Of a stretch of DNA of 64,000 nucleotides, positions 10,403-20,081 are shown in pieces. The notes beneath the pieces are model-generated. The model worked only from the letters and a program-made list of their open reading frames with translations, ran no database searches and was not told the DNA's origin. Every line of letters starts with the position of its first letter. The stretch's first letter is position 1. Location of the stretch: positions 992,001 through 1,056,000 of the forward strand of contig OZ219856.1 of NCBI GenBank assembly GCA_964291395.2, written 5' to 3'. The position numbers and the translations under genes are program-made. The DNA is from Alphaproteobacteria bacterium. GTDB taxonomy: Bacteria; Pseudomonadota; Alphaproteobacteria; UBA2966.

Positions 10403-10724
10403 GGAAAGCCCCGTTGCCCCCCTGAGGCTCGCGAGGCGGCCTGTTTCTGTCTGCAACAGGAATTGGTAAAATTGCTTCGATACCGGCCCCGGTGCCGCCT
10501 CTCATTGCTCGTCTTCTCCCTTTCTCCGGTCCGGCCGGGTTGGAAAGAGGGAGGCTCGGAGCTGATCGCTTGCCCTCCGGTTACGGTCAGCGCCGTTCTT
10601 CTGTCCGTTCGATTATACGCACCCTTTACATTGGAATTGGAACTCGGTGGCCAGGCCCTCATGGAGGCCACGGGCATCACCGGGTTCAAGAGCGGCATGC
10701 AGGGCCTCGGCGTCGTCCTCGGCG

Positions 10725-10960
10725 CTTGCAGCGCGAGTCCTCTTACCCCGGTCGTCCATCCAGCACCGCATGCGACCCTTCCGTCAGGCAGGCTTCGCGA
10801 GTCGTCTGGGTCAATCCTCAAGCGTGTTCTGCTCTTGCAGCGCGAACCTCTGTTGGTCTTCGCATCCACGCACCGCATGAGCGGTCTTCGCCACCCTTCC
10901 GGTTGTCAGGCAGGCTTCGCGCATCTCTCTTGGCGTCGTCGAATTCTGGGCCAATGGCCT
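10725..10960. repeat. Degenerate two-unit tandem repeat in intergenic DNA
   Basis: The blocks CTTGCAGCGCGA, GCACCGCATG, ACCCTTCCG, GTCAGGCAGGCTTCGCG and TGGGYCAAT each occur twice in the same order. Confidence 0.8.
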
Positions 10961-11194
10961 ACCATTGTCAATGATCATCGCCTCCCGGGAGAGCTAACAC
11001 GGACGGAGCCCGAGGGCTGGCACGGGCTACCCGAGGGTGCCCAGACCGCCGGGCAGGGTTGCGCCACTTCTCTCCGCCTGACGGCCGAAGAGCGTCGTAA
11101 AGATGGAGCGGCTACAATGCGGACGTCCGAATGACCGTCGCCGCGCGCTCCAGCGGCCGACGTACCGGGACCATGGCGAGAGGGGAGACGGTGC

Positions 11195-11621
11195 GTGAAC
11201 GATGAGTTCGAATCCCGCTACGGCGATACGATGCGGCGGGTCAAAAGCAATCGTTCCGTGCCCGTGACTCTCGAGCGCGTGGAGGCCGCGATCCGCAACC
11301 GGGGTCTCGAGTTTTTCGGCTGCCGCGACCATGCGGCCGCTGCCGGGGAGTACGGTCTCGAAATGCCGCCGGTGACCGTGTTCGTTTTCGGGTACCCGAA
11401 ACTGGGAACGCCTTCCATGCCCAGACCCGTGAGTTCGCCATCGATGTTCCGCCCAAGGGCCTGGTCTACGAAGACGACGAGGGCAAGGTGTGGATCGCGT
11501 ACAACACGGCGGAGTACTGTTCGGCGTCATCTATCCGCGGCACGGTCTCGGCATGCCCAAGGACGTGTGGGCGGTTTTCAACAACTTTCTGAAGGAGGTA
11601 TGTGAGGAAGCAGCCGGTTGA
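11195..11621 (+). pseudogene. DUF302-family gene with two frameshifts
   Basis: KSNRSVPVTLERVE..DHAAAA..GLEMPP..FGYPKLGTP, shift near 11415 to EFAIDVPPKGLVYEDDEGKVWIAYN, second shift near 11518 to FGVIYPRHGL..EEAAG* (TGA 11619-21). Confidence 0.75.
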
Positions 11622-11656
11622 CCGCGGCCGGCCCTTCGATCTTGCGAGTTGAAGCC

Positions 11657-12601
11657 ATGACTCCGTCAGATTCCCGTCCATCGACCCATGACGCCGAGGC
11701 GGATGCCCGGAACGACACGATCAGGATTTACGTCAACGGCGACATCGTGCCCAAGTCGGAGGCGAAGGTTTCCGTTTACGACAGCGGCTTCATGCTGGGT
11801 GACGGCGTGTGGGAGGGCCTGCGGCTCTACAACGGCCGTTTCGCCTTCCTCGAGGAACACCTCGACCGTCTATACGGCGCCGCCAAGGCCATCGACCTCG
11901 ACGTCGGACTGACCCCGGGCGCCCTGACGGAGGCCTTGTACGACACGGTGCGGGCCAATGACATGCATGAGGACGTGCATGCCCGGCTGATGGTGACACG
12001 GGGCCTCAAACGCAGGCCCTTTCAGGACCCCCGCCTGAGCCGGGAGGGCGCCACCATCGTCATCATCGCCGAGTTCAGCGCGCCGTCCGCGGCTGTTCTG
12101 GAGACCGGCTTGTCGCTCCACACGGTCCCCGTCGTGCGCGGACTGCCGGTGACCCAGGATCCGAAACTCAACTCGCATTCCAAGCTGAACTGCATCCTCG
12201 CGGGGATCCACGCCATCAAGGCGGGGGCGGACGACGCGTTGATGCTTGACCCGCACGGCTTCGTGAATACCACGAACTCGACCAACTTCTTCATCGTCCG
12301 ACGGAACGAGGTGTGGACGTCGACGGGCGACTACTGCCTCAACGGCATTACGCGCAAGAAGGTGATCGAGATTTGCCGGGTCGAGGGAATTCCGGTATTC
12401 GAGCGCAATTACTCGCTCGTCGATGCCTATTCGGCCGACGAGGCGTTCGCGACGGGCACCTTCGGCGCGCAGACACCGGTAACGGAGATCGACGGGCGCA
12501 TCATCGGGGATGGCAAGCCCGGCCCGATGTTCCGACGCCTCCGGGAACTCTACGTGGACCTCGTGGCGCGCGATTGCGAAACGAGGGCTTGGAGTCGCTA
12601 G
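11657..12601 (+). CDS. Class IV PLP aminotransferase (branched-chain/D-amino-acid type)
   Basis: SVYDSGFMLGDGVWEGLR, HLDRL, NSHSKLN, LNGITR. Confidence 0.9.
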   Translation: MTPSDSRPSTHDAEADARNDTIRIYVNGDIVPKSEAKVSVYDSGFMLGDGVWEGLRLYNGRFAFLEEHLDRLYGAAKAIDLDVGLTPGALTEALYDTVRANDMHEDVHARLMVTRGLKRRPFQDPRLSREGATIVIIAEFSAPSAAVLETGLSLHTVPVVRGLPVTQDPKLNSHSKLNCILAGIHAIKAGADDALMLDPHGFVNTTNSTNFFIVRRNEVWTSTGDYCLNGITRKKVIEICRVEGIPVFERNYSLVDAYSADEAFATGTFGAQTPVTEIDGRIIGDGKPGPMFRRLRELYVDLVARDCETRAWSR

Positions 12602-12650
12602 CCTCGCCTTTCACGCACCCGGTCGGGCTGGAGTGGGAAGGGACGACTCT

Positions 12651-15600
12651 TCAATCCCCGGCCGCCGCCAGGAGGGAGGCGTTGCCGCCGGCGGCCGTCG
12701 TGTCGATGCAGAGGTGGCGCTCGACCAGGTAGCGGTGGGGGGCGATCGCTTCGGTGATCAACGGAACGATCTCGCCGTCCCGCGCCGCCAGCGCGATACG
12801 CAGTGCCCGCAGGGTTTCGGGGTCGGCCGCCGATGCCACCGCGGAAACACGGGGCAACGACGTCAAGTCGGCCGGATTCAAGACGCCGTTCAGCGCCGCG
12901 ACCGGGGCGTCGATGCCCATCAGCGGTTCGATGACGGCATCGACACCGGGTGCGGCCAGGACGGCCGCGTTGCCCAATGCGAGCGCCTGCACCCCCTGTA
13001 CCAACGCCGTCTCGACGCTCGGTCCGAGGCACAGGGTCGCTCCGCGGGGATGGAGGCTCAAGCGATTGCTTTCTCCCGTGGGTCCGGGGAGGTCCTTGGG
13101 CCCCGTGTCGATCGACGCGACTTCGTCCAGGGCCCGTTGTACCGGTTCCTCACCGTCGAGGCTCGACAGCGCTTGGCGCAGTACCTCGACCCGGTCATCG
13201 CGGGTCCGCCAATTCGGGACTTGGAGTCCATCGAAGGCCGCCTGAACATCGGCGATGGGAATCACGGATGCATCGCCGATGGGGCCGATGTCATTCCAGT
13301 CCGCGTCCGGATACCTTTGCAGGCGGACGAGGGTGTACGGTCCACCCGCCTTGGGTCCGGTGCCCGACAGGCCTTCGCCGCCGAAGGGCTGCGAGCCCAC
13401 GACCGCACCGATCTGGTTCCGGTTAACGTAAAGATTGCCCACTGCAAGCCGGTCGACCACCTGCTGCACGCGGCTGTCGACGCGGGTATGAAGTCCGAAA
13501 GTCAACCCGTATCCGGAGCGGTTGACCGCGTCCACCACGGCGTCGATCTCGCGGGCCTCGAACCCAGCGACATGCAGCACCGGGCCGAAGATCTCGCGCT
13601 CCAGTTCTTCGATTCCCGAAACCTCCAGGATCGTGGGCGCGACGAACCGGCCTCGGGCGGGCACGTCGAGCTTGAAGAGCTGGCGTCCCTTGCGCGCCAT
13701 GCGGCCGCAATAGGACGCGATGTCCTGTTTCGCGTCCTCGTCGATGACGGGGCCGATGTCGGTGGAGGGGTCCCAGGGATCGCCCAGCCGCAGTTCCGAC
13801 ATGGCGCCGAACAGCATTTGCAGGACGTGCTCCTTCACGTCGTTCTGGATGTAGAGGATGCGCAACGCCGAACAGCGCTGGCCGGCGCTCTGGAAGGCGG
13901 ACGCGACGATGTCCCGCACGGCCTGCTCGGGAAGGGCGGTCGAGTCGGCGATCATGGCGTTGAGACCGCCGGTCTCGGCGACGAGCACGGTGTCCGGCGC
14001 GCAATGTTCGGCCATGGCCTTGTCGATGATCCGAGCCGTCGCGACGGAGCCGGTAAAACACACGCCCGCGATTCGAGAATCCGAAACGAGCCGCGCGCCG
14101 ATCGCGGAGCCGCCGGGCAGATATTGAAGGACATCCTTCGGGATTCCAGCCTCGTGCATCAACCGAACGGCTCGCGCGGCGATCAGAGGCGTCTGTTCGG
14201 CAGGCTTGGCGACGACGGTATTGCCTGCCGCGAGCGCCGCTCCGATCTGGCCCGTGAAGATGGCCAGCGGAAAGTTCCAGGGCGAGATACAGATGAAAAC
14301 GCCGCGGCCCGACCCCAGTCGTTCCCGGTCGAGACGGCGGGCTTCGACCGCATAATAGCGGAGGAAGTCGACCGCTTCCCGGACTTCCGCGATAGCATCG
14401 GGAAGGGTCTTGCCGGCTTCCCGGGCGGCCAGGGCGAAGAATTCCTCGGCGTGCGCTTCATAAAGGTCCGCAATGCGCTCCAGATACGACGCGCGCTCGC
14501 CGGCACCCCTCCGCGACCACGCCTCGAAAGCCGCCGCCGACCTGGACAGCGTATCCGGCATGCCGGCGGGATCCGCGTTCTCGACATGGCCGACGAGATC
14601 GTCCGGGTCGGCCGGATTCCGGACCTCGTCGGCGACGGGGCGGCCGGGCGACTCCGAGGCTGCGTGCCAGCGGGTAGCCCGAAATTGCTCCCGCCCCGCG
14701 TCCAGCTCGGCCATCGCCGCAGGGTCGGTGATGTCCCGGCCCCGTGCTCCCTTTCGCGCCGCACCGAAGATAGCCGAAGGGTAGGGAATCACCGGGTTGG
14801 CCGCGTCGGCGTCGTGCCGTTCCAGAACCTCGATCGGATCACGCGCGACGTCTGCGGGCGCCAGATTCGTATCGACGATCCGGTTGACGAAGGAGCTGTT
14901 GGCGCCGTTTTCCAGGAGCCGGCGCACGAGGTAGGCCAGAAGGTCCCGATGTGCGCCCACCGGTGCGTAGATCCGGCAGCGTGTCCCGTAGCGCTCGAGA
15001 ACGGCGTCATGCAACGCCTCGCCCATGCCGTGGAGGCGTTGGAACTCGAACGCAGCCGTGTTTTCCGCCATATCGAGGATGGCGGCGACGCTGTGGGCGT
15101 TGTGCGTGGCGAACTGGGGATACAGGCGGTCCGTCATACCCAGTAATTTGCGGACGCAGGCCAAATAGGAGACATCCGTGTTGGCCTTGCGCGTGAACAC
15201 GGGAAAGCCGTCGAGACCGAGAACCTGGGCCCGCTTGATCTCGCTGTCCCAATAGGCGCCCTTGACCAGGCGCACCATGATCCGCCGGCCGAGGTGTCCA
15301 GCCAGCGCGTACAGCCAGTCGACGACCGGTCCGGCGCGCGGTCCATAGGCCTGCACCACGATGCCGCAGCCGTCCCAACCGGCGAGCGCCGGATCGGAAA
15401 GCACCGCCTCGATCACGTCGAGCGAGAGATCGAGCCGGTCCGCTTCCTCGGCGTCGACGTTGAAGCCCATGTTGGCGCTCTTCGCCAACAAGGCGAGGGA
15501 CTGCAGACGGGGCGCCAGCTCCTCCATCACCCGCGACCGTTGCGGATATTCGTATCTGGGGTGGAGCGCCGATAGTTTCACCGAAACGCCGGGATTGCGG

Positions 15601-16304
15601 GTGATGTCGGCGCCGCAGAGCCTGGCCAATTCACCGATGGCGTTCGAATAGGCGAGGTGATAGCGGCGGGCATCGGCCTCCGTCCTGGCGGCTTCGCCCA
15701 GCATGTCGTAGGAGTAGACGCAGCCCTGTTCCTCCCGTGGTTGGGCATTTTCGATCGCTTCTTCGATGGTCTGGCCGAGCACGAATTGGCGGCCGAGCTC
15801 GCGCATGGCCTGGGCCACCGCGGTGCGGACCACGGGTTCGCCGAGGCGGCGGATGACGTCGTGAAGCGCGTTGACGAGGCCATGCTCGTCCGAGTGAGTC
15901 AGGACCTTGCCCGTCAGCATCAGGGCCCAGGTCGACGCATTGACCAGGGAGGAGCTGGAGTGGCCCAGGTGCCGGCCCCAGTGGGACGGCACGATCTTGT
16001 CGCTGATCAGTGCGTCGATCGTTTCGGCATCGGGAACCCGCAGCAGCGCCTCGGCAAGGCACATGAGGGCGACGCCTTCCGTCGTGTTGAGACCGTACTC
16101 GGCGAGGAAGCTCTCCATGATCTTGGGAGCGGCCGATGCGCGAACCGTCTCGACCAGCTCCGCCGCCCGGGCGACGATGCGCTGGCGGTCGCGCGCCGAG
16201 AGTCCCGTCGCCGCGGCCAGCTCGGGCACGAGACGGGCTTCGTCGGAGAGGGTGGACGCGCGGATCGCGGCCCGCAGGGTTTTGACCGTTTCGGCATTCG
16301 GCAT
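12651..16304 (-). CDS. putA: Bifunctional proline dehydrogenase / P5C dehydrogenase
   Basis: EGVALMCLAEALLRVPD, SYDMLGEAART, RLVKGAYWDSEIK, FATHNAH, ETGGLN, FQSAGQRCSALR, QPFGGEGLSGTGPKAGG. Confidence 0.97.
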   Translation of the reverse strand: MPNAETVKTLRAAIRASTLSDEARLVPELAAATGLSARDRQRIVARAAELVETVRASAAPKIMESFLAEYGLNTTEGVALMCLAEALLRVPDAETIDALISDKIVPSHWGRHLGHSSSSLVNASTWALMLTGKVLTHSDEHGLVNALHDVIRRLGEPVVRTAVAQAMRELGRQFVLGQTIEEAIENAQPREEQGCVYSYDMLGEAARTEADARRYHLAYSNAIGELARLCGADITRNPGVSVKLSALHPRYEYPQRSRVMEELAPRLQSLALLAKSANMGFNVDAEEADRLDLSLDVIEAVLSDPALAGWDGCGIVVQAYGPRAGPVVDWLYALAGHLGRRIMVRLVKGAYWDSEIKRAQVLGLDGFPVFTRKANTDVSYLACVRKLLGMTDRLYPQFATHNAHSVAAILDMAENTAAFEFQRLHGMGEALHDAVLERYGTRCRIYAPVGAHRDLLAYLVRRLLENGANSSFVNRIVDTNLAPADVARDPIEVLERHDADAANPVIPYPSAIFGAARKGARGRDITDPAAMAELDAGREQFRATRWHAASESPGRPVADEVRNPADPDDLVGHVENADPAGMPDTLSRSAAAFEAWSRRGAGERASYLERIADLYEAHAEEFFALAAREAGKTLPDAIAEVREAVDFLRYYAVEARRLDRERLGSGRGVFICISPWNFPLAIFTGQIGAALAAGNTVVAKPAEQTPLIAARAVRLMHEAGIPKDVLQYLPGGSAIGARLVSDSRIAGVCFTGSVATARIIDKAMAEHCAPDTVLVAETGGLNAMIADSTALPEQAVRDIVASAFQSAGQRCSALRILYIQNDVKEHVLQMLFGAMSELRLGDPWDPSTDIGPVIDEDAKQDIASYCGRMARKGRQLFKLDVPARGRFVAPTILEVSGIEELEREIFGPVLHVAGFEAREIDAVVDAVNRSGYGLTFGLHTRVDSRVQQVVDRLAVGNLYVNRNQIGAVVGSQPFGGEGLSGTGPKAGGPYTLVRLQRYPDADWNDIGPIGDASVIPIADVQAAFDGLQVPNWRTRDDRVEVLRQALSSLDGEEPVQRALDEVASIDTGPKDLPGPTGESNRLSLHPRGATLCLGPSVETALVQGVQALALGNAAVLAAPGVDAVIEPLMGIDAPVAALNGVLNPADLTSLPRVSAVASAADPETLRALRIALAARDGEIVPLITEAIAPHRYLVERHLCIDTTAAGGNASLLAAAGD

Positions 16305-16414
16305 GGCAAGCAGAAAATATACACTCGCCTTGATGCTTCCCCATCGCAAACACCGACGCCTCCGTCATCACCCTCATCCCGTCTCTCTATCGAAGACGGG
16401 CGCGGAAACGGGGT

Positions 16415-17296
16415 CTAAAGCGCGAGGCCGTCTGCCGCCTCCTTGTAGCGCTTGATGAGATCGATGTGGCCATCAGGGAAGCTCGCGCCACTGCCATTGG
16501 TGTTGGCCGCGAGGTGCGTGGCGCCGGCGGCGATCCAATCCTCGCTCTCGCGGAGCCACTCGTCCGGCCCGCCGTCCTGCTGGAGGACCCAGGCTTCCAT
16601 GCCGAAGGACGTGGGGTCCCGGCCGGCGTCTTCCAGATAGGCGCGGAGTTTTTCGACCTGCGGCTTCACGGTATCCGGACCATAGCGGTTGGCACTGACG
16701 TACCAGCCGTCTCCGATCCTTGCGATACGCCGCAACACCACGTCCGCATCGCCTCCAATCCAGATGGGGATGGGTTGTTGAACGGGCATGGGATTGAGAC
16801 CGGCGTTGGGGATCGTGTGCCAACGGCCCTCGAAGGTGACGACCTCTTTCGTCCATAGTTCGCGCAGCACCGCGATCTGCTCTTCCGAGCGCGGGCCCCG
16901 GTCGTCCCACTGGGCTCCGAGGCAGTCGTATTCGACGCGGTTCCAGCCGGTCCCGATGCCGAGCCGTACCCGCCCGCCGGACAGGACGTCGAGTTCCGCG
17001 ACCTGCTTTGCCACCAATGCGGTCTGCCGTTGGGGCAGGATGAGAATGCCGGTCATCAGCTCTATGCGCTCCGTGATTCCGGCGGCATAGGACAGTAGGA
17101 CGAGAGCCTCACGGAAGACGTTGACGTCCCCGTAGACCGCCTTGCGCGTCTGCCGCGCCCCCATGTCCGGGTGCATGACGTGGTCGAAGACGACCAGGTG
17201 GTCATAGCCGAGGTCTTCCACCGCCTGGATATAGGCGCGGACGGCACCGGGGTCGGAAGCGGAATCGACCAGAGGGAAGGCCGCGCCCATGGGCAT
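16415..17296 (-). CDS. LLM-class oxidoreductase, probably F420-dependent (Rv2161c-like)
   Basis: EDLGYDHLVVFDHV, ILPQRQTALVAKQVAELDVLSGGRVRLGIGTGWN, PIPIWIGG. Confidence 0.85.
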   Translation of the reverse strand: MPMGAAFPLVDSASDPGAVRAYIQAVEDLGYDHLVVFDHVMHPDMGARQTRKAVYGDVNVFREALVLLSYAAGITERIELMTGILILPQRQTALVAKQVAELDVLSGGRVRLGIGTGWNRVEYDCLGAQWDDRGPRSEEQIAVLRELWTKEVVTFEGRWHTIPNAGLNPMPVQQPIPIWIGGDADVVLRRIARIGDGWYVSANRYGPDTVKPQVEKLRAYLEDAGRDPTSFGMEAWVLQQDGGPDEWLRESEDWIAAGATHLAANTNGSGASFPDGHIDLIKRYKEAADGLAL

Positions 17297-17439
17297 GAAG
17301 GATTCCTCGCGGCGAGACGGACGGATGCACCTCACATAGCACAGTTGGAGGCCAGCGCGAATCGCCCGCGGGTGTTCGGGCAAGCGGTTGCTTCCCCGCT
17401 GCACAAGCGCCTTCATGGCGAGTGCGACGGCAACGATGT

Positions 17440-17853
17440 CTAAATTCGGGATCTCCCGATCGGCGGGCGGAATTCTCCTATCGCCTCCGCGATCTTTTTC
17501 TTCAAGATCTCGGCATTTATGGGTTTGACGACATAAGCATTCGCACCGGCCTCTTTCGCCATGACGGCGTTCTCGGTCTCGGCTTCCGCGGTGGCCATGA
17601 TGAATGGCGTGCTCTCGAGGGCCGGGTCGGCACGGACCTCCTTGAGGAATTCGAGGCCCGTCATGGGCTCCATGTTCCAGTCTGAAATAATCAAGCCGAA
17701 TCTGGTCGCGCGAGCCTTGCGCAGGGCCGTCGGTCCGTCCAACGCCGTGTCGATCTTCTCGAATCCGAGCTGTTCCAGCAGGTTGCGCCCGATCCGCAGC
17801 ATCGTGGACTGATCGTCCACGATGAGAATCGACATGTTCATATCGACAGCCAT
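17440..17853 (-). CDS. CheY-like single-domain response regulator
   Basis: ILIVDD, ISDWNMEPMTGLEFLKEVR, TAE, YVVKP. Real start at MAVDMNM (17853). Confidence 0.9.
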   Translation of the reverse strand: MAVDMNMSILIVDDQSTMLRIGRNLLEQLGFEKIDTALDGPTALRKARATRFGLIISDWNMEPMTGLEFLKEVRADPALESTPFIMATAEAETENAVMAKEAGANAYVVKPINAEILKKKIAEAIGEFRPPIGRSRI

Positions 17854-17890
17854 GGCGGAAGCCGCGCCGGCAGAAATCTCCCGCTCGGTG

Positions 17891-18517
17891 TCATCGCTTC
17901 TCGGCCGCGGTCGCCGCCGCGTCGTCGAGAGCCGTGGCGCGCCGATACGCCTCGCGCGCCTCGATCCGCGCTCCGTACGTCTCGAAGGCCGGCCGTTTGT
18001 CGATGAGATCGAGTTGCAGGCCCCAGGCGATATGGGACCCGACGTAGACATCGGCGGCGGAGAAGGTCTCGCCGGCGACGTAGCCGTCGCCTTCGACGGC
18101 TCTCTCCAGGGTCTGCATTACGGTGGAGAAATTGCCGTAACCGACCATCGTTTCCTTGTCTTCCGGCGGCGCGAGACCGAACGCGCGGTTGGTGACCGCG
18201 GCCTCGAGCGGACCTGCGGCGAAGAACAGCCAGCGATAATAGGCGCCCCGATGCTCTACCGGCGGCACCAACCCGGCCTCGGGGAAGGCGTCGGCGAGAT
18301 AGGCGCAGATCGCCGGGCTTTCGGTGACGATCGTCTCGCCGTGGCGGATCGCCGGCACCTTTCCCATCGGGTTGATCGCGAGGTATTCCGCCGACTTCAT
18401 CGTCGGTCCGTAGTCCAGAAGCTCGGTACGGTAGGGGACCTGCAGCTCCTCCAGCATCCAGCGGACGATGCGGCCGCGCGACATCGGGTTGGTGTAGAAA
18501 ACGATCTCTGAAGTCAT
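17891..18517 (-). CDS. Glutathione S-transferase
   Basis: YTNPMSRGRIVRWMLEE, INPMGKVPA, TESPAICAYLAD, FSAADVY. Confidence 0.93.
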   Translation of the reverse strand: MTSEIVFYTNPMSRGRIVRWMLEELQVPYRTELLDYGPTMKSAEYLAINPMGKVPAIRHGETIVTESPAICAYLADAFPEAGLVPPVEHRGAYYRWLFFAAGPLEAAVTNRAFGLAPPEDKETMVGYGNFSTVMQTLERAVEGDGYVAGETFSAADVYVGSHIAWGLQLDLIDKRPAFETYGARIEAREAYRRATALDDAAATAAEKR

Positions 18518-18556
18518 CGTTGTACTCCATACCGGAAGCGTCGTCCGCGAGGCCGG

Positions 18557-20065
18557 CTATGGAGCGCGAGGTTCCCGCGCGTCCCCGTCCGGCACGATAC
18601 GGCTGGCCCGGTAAATGCTGTATGCCAGCGAGGCGATACCCAGAACCAGCAGGATCGCCGAGACCGGACGCGTGAAGAAGTTCAGGGGATTGTAATCGAG
18701 AAGCTGCATGCTCTTGATGAACGCGGACTCACCGAGCTGTCCCAAGATGACGCCCAATACCACCGCGGCCATGGAGTATCCGGACCGTCGCATCAAATAG
18801 CCGACGATTCCTGCCAGGAACATGACCCAAACGTCGACGACCAGGCCGCGCAGCGCGTAGGCGCCGATCGAGGCGATCAACAGGATGGCCGGCGCGAGCA
18901 GGCTGAAGGGCACGCGCAGCAGATGCACGACGGTCTTGGTCTCGATGTAGCCGAGCAGGAAGATTCCGACATTGGCGAGGAACATGGCCACGAACACGAC
19001 CCACACCAGGTCCTTGCTCGTGATCAGTACGAGCGGCCCCGGCTCCATCCCATGGATCTGAAAGGCCCCTACCATGACGGCGGTCAGAGCGCCGCCGGGC
19101 AGACCCAATGCGAGCAGGGGAATCATGGCCGCGCCGGTCGCGGCGTTGTTCGCCGTTTCGGACGCCACGACACCCTCGATTTCGCCCTTGCCGAAGCGCT
19201 CCGGATTCTTCGACCAGCGCACCGCTTCGCCGTAGCTCAGGAACGATGCCAGAACGGCTCCGATCCCCGGCAGGATGCCCGAGAAGAATCCGATCATCAT
19301 GGACCGGACGACGGCGAACTTGAGACGCCAGAATTCTGCAAGGCTCGGGAAATCGATTCCGAGCGCGGGTGGCACGCGCAGGCCCCGAGCGATCTGATGC
19401 CCCTGGATGAAAACCTCGGAGACGGCGAAGAAACCGAGGATTAGCGGCACGAAGTGGATGCCCGCCATAAGGTAGTCGATGTTGAAGTCGAAACGTGCGA
19501 GGCCGCCCGCCGGATCCGTGCCGATGGTGGCGAGGAGCAGACCGAACAACACCGAGAGCCAGCCCTTCCAGACGGTCTCGGCCCCGACCGTCGCGGCGAT
19601 CGAAAGACCGAGGAAGATCAACGCGAAGATCTCCGGCGGTCCGAAGGCTCGAATGGCCCAATTCGCCAGGGGCTCGGTTGCCGCCATCATGAGTATGCAC
19701 GAGCCGATGCCGCCGAGCGCCGAGCAGGTGACCGCGGCGCCGATGGCCCGTCCCGATTCCCCTTTCTGGGTCATCGGGTAGCCGTCGAACGCCGTGGGGG
19801 CGTTTTCGGCGCTGCCGGGGATGTTGAACAAGATGGCCGTGACGGCGCCGCCGTAGATGCCGGAGACGTAGATCACGGCGAGAAGCATAATGGCGTGGGA
19901 CGGCGCGAAATAGACGGAGAAGGGCAGCAGGACGGTCGCCAGGGTCACGGCGGAGAGCCCCGGAATGGCACCGAACAGGAGCCCACCGACGAGCCCCCCG
20001 AAAAAAACGGACACTCCGACGGGATCGAAGAACAAGGTCGTGAAGCCGAGGATGAAATCGTCCAT
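18557..20065 (-). CDS. tctA: Tripartite tricarboxylate transporter permease TctA
   Basis: GAIPGL, YGGAVTAILFNIPG, FDGYPM, ETANNA, GLPG. Confidence 0.92.
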   Translation of the reverse strand: MDDFILGFTTLFFDPVGVSVFFGGLVGGLLFGAIPGLSAVTLATVLLPFSVYFAPSHAIMLLAVIYVSGIYGGAVTAILFNIPGSAENAPTAFDGYPMTQKGESGRAIGAAVTCSALGGIGSCILMMAATEPLANWAIRAFGPPEIFALIFLGLSIAATVGAETVWKGWLSVLFGLLLATIGTDPAGGLARFDFNIDYLMAGIHFVPLILGFFAVSEVFIQGHQIARGLRVPPALGIDFPSLAEFWRLKFAVVRSMMIGFFSGILPGIGAVLASFLSYGEAVRWSKNPERFGKGEIEGVVASETANNAATGAAMIPLLALGLPGGALTAVMVGAFQIHGMEPGPLVLITSKDLVWVVFVAMFLANVGIFLLGYIETKTVVHLLRVPFSLLAPAILLIASIGAYALRGLVVDVWVMFLAGIVGYLMRRSGYSMAAVVLGVILGQLGESAFIKSMQLLDYNPLNFFTRPVSAILLVLGIASLAYSIYRASRIVPDGDAREPRAP

Positions 20066-20081
20066 GCGTCACCCGCGCCGG

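Noticed and set aside
10613-10759. 48-aa minus-strand ORF ending in CKGCV (looked like a RiPP precursor or CxxC peptide)
   Set aside because: Third-position GC favours the plus-strand frame as the decayed coding one. No SD and no modifying enzymes nearby.
10725-10960. CRISPR array or known tandem riboswitch (glycine, cobalamin, TPP, FMN)
   Set aside because: Only two degenerate units, no spacers or cas genes, and the diagnostic aptamer motifs are absent.
12510-15146. 878-aa plus-strand ORF and similar long shadow ORFs (e.g. 27708-29135, 32727-34244, 53281-56094, 48022-49860)
   Set aside because: Antisense or alternate-frame shadows of well-supported genes. They are Arg/Gly/Pro-rich, lack motifs, and are expected in high-GC DNA.
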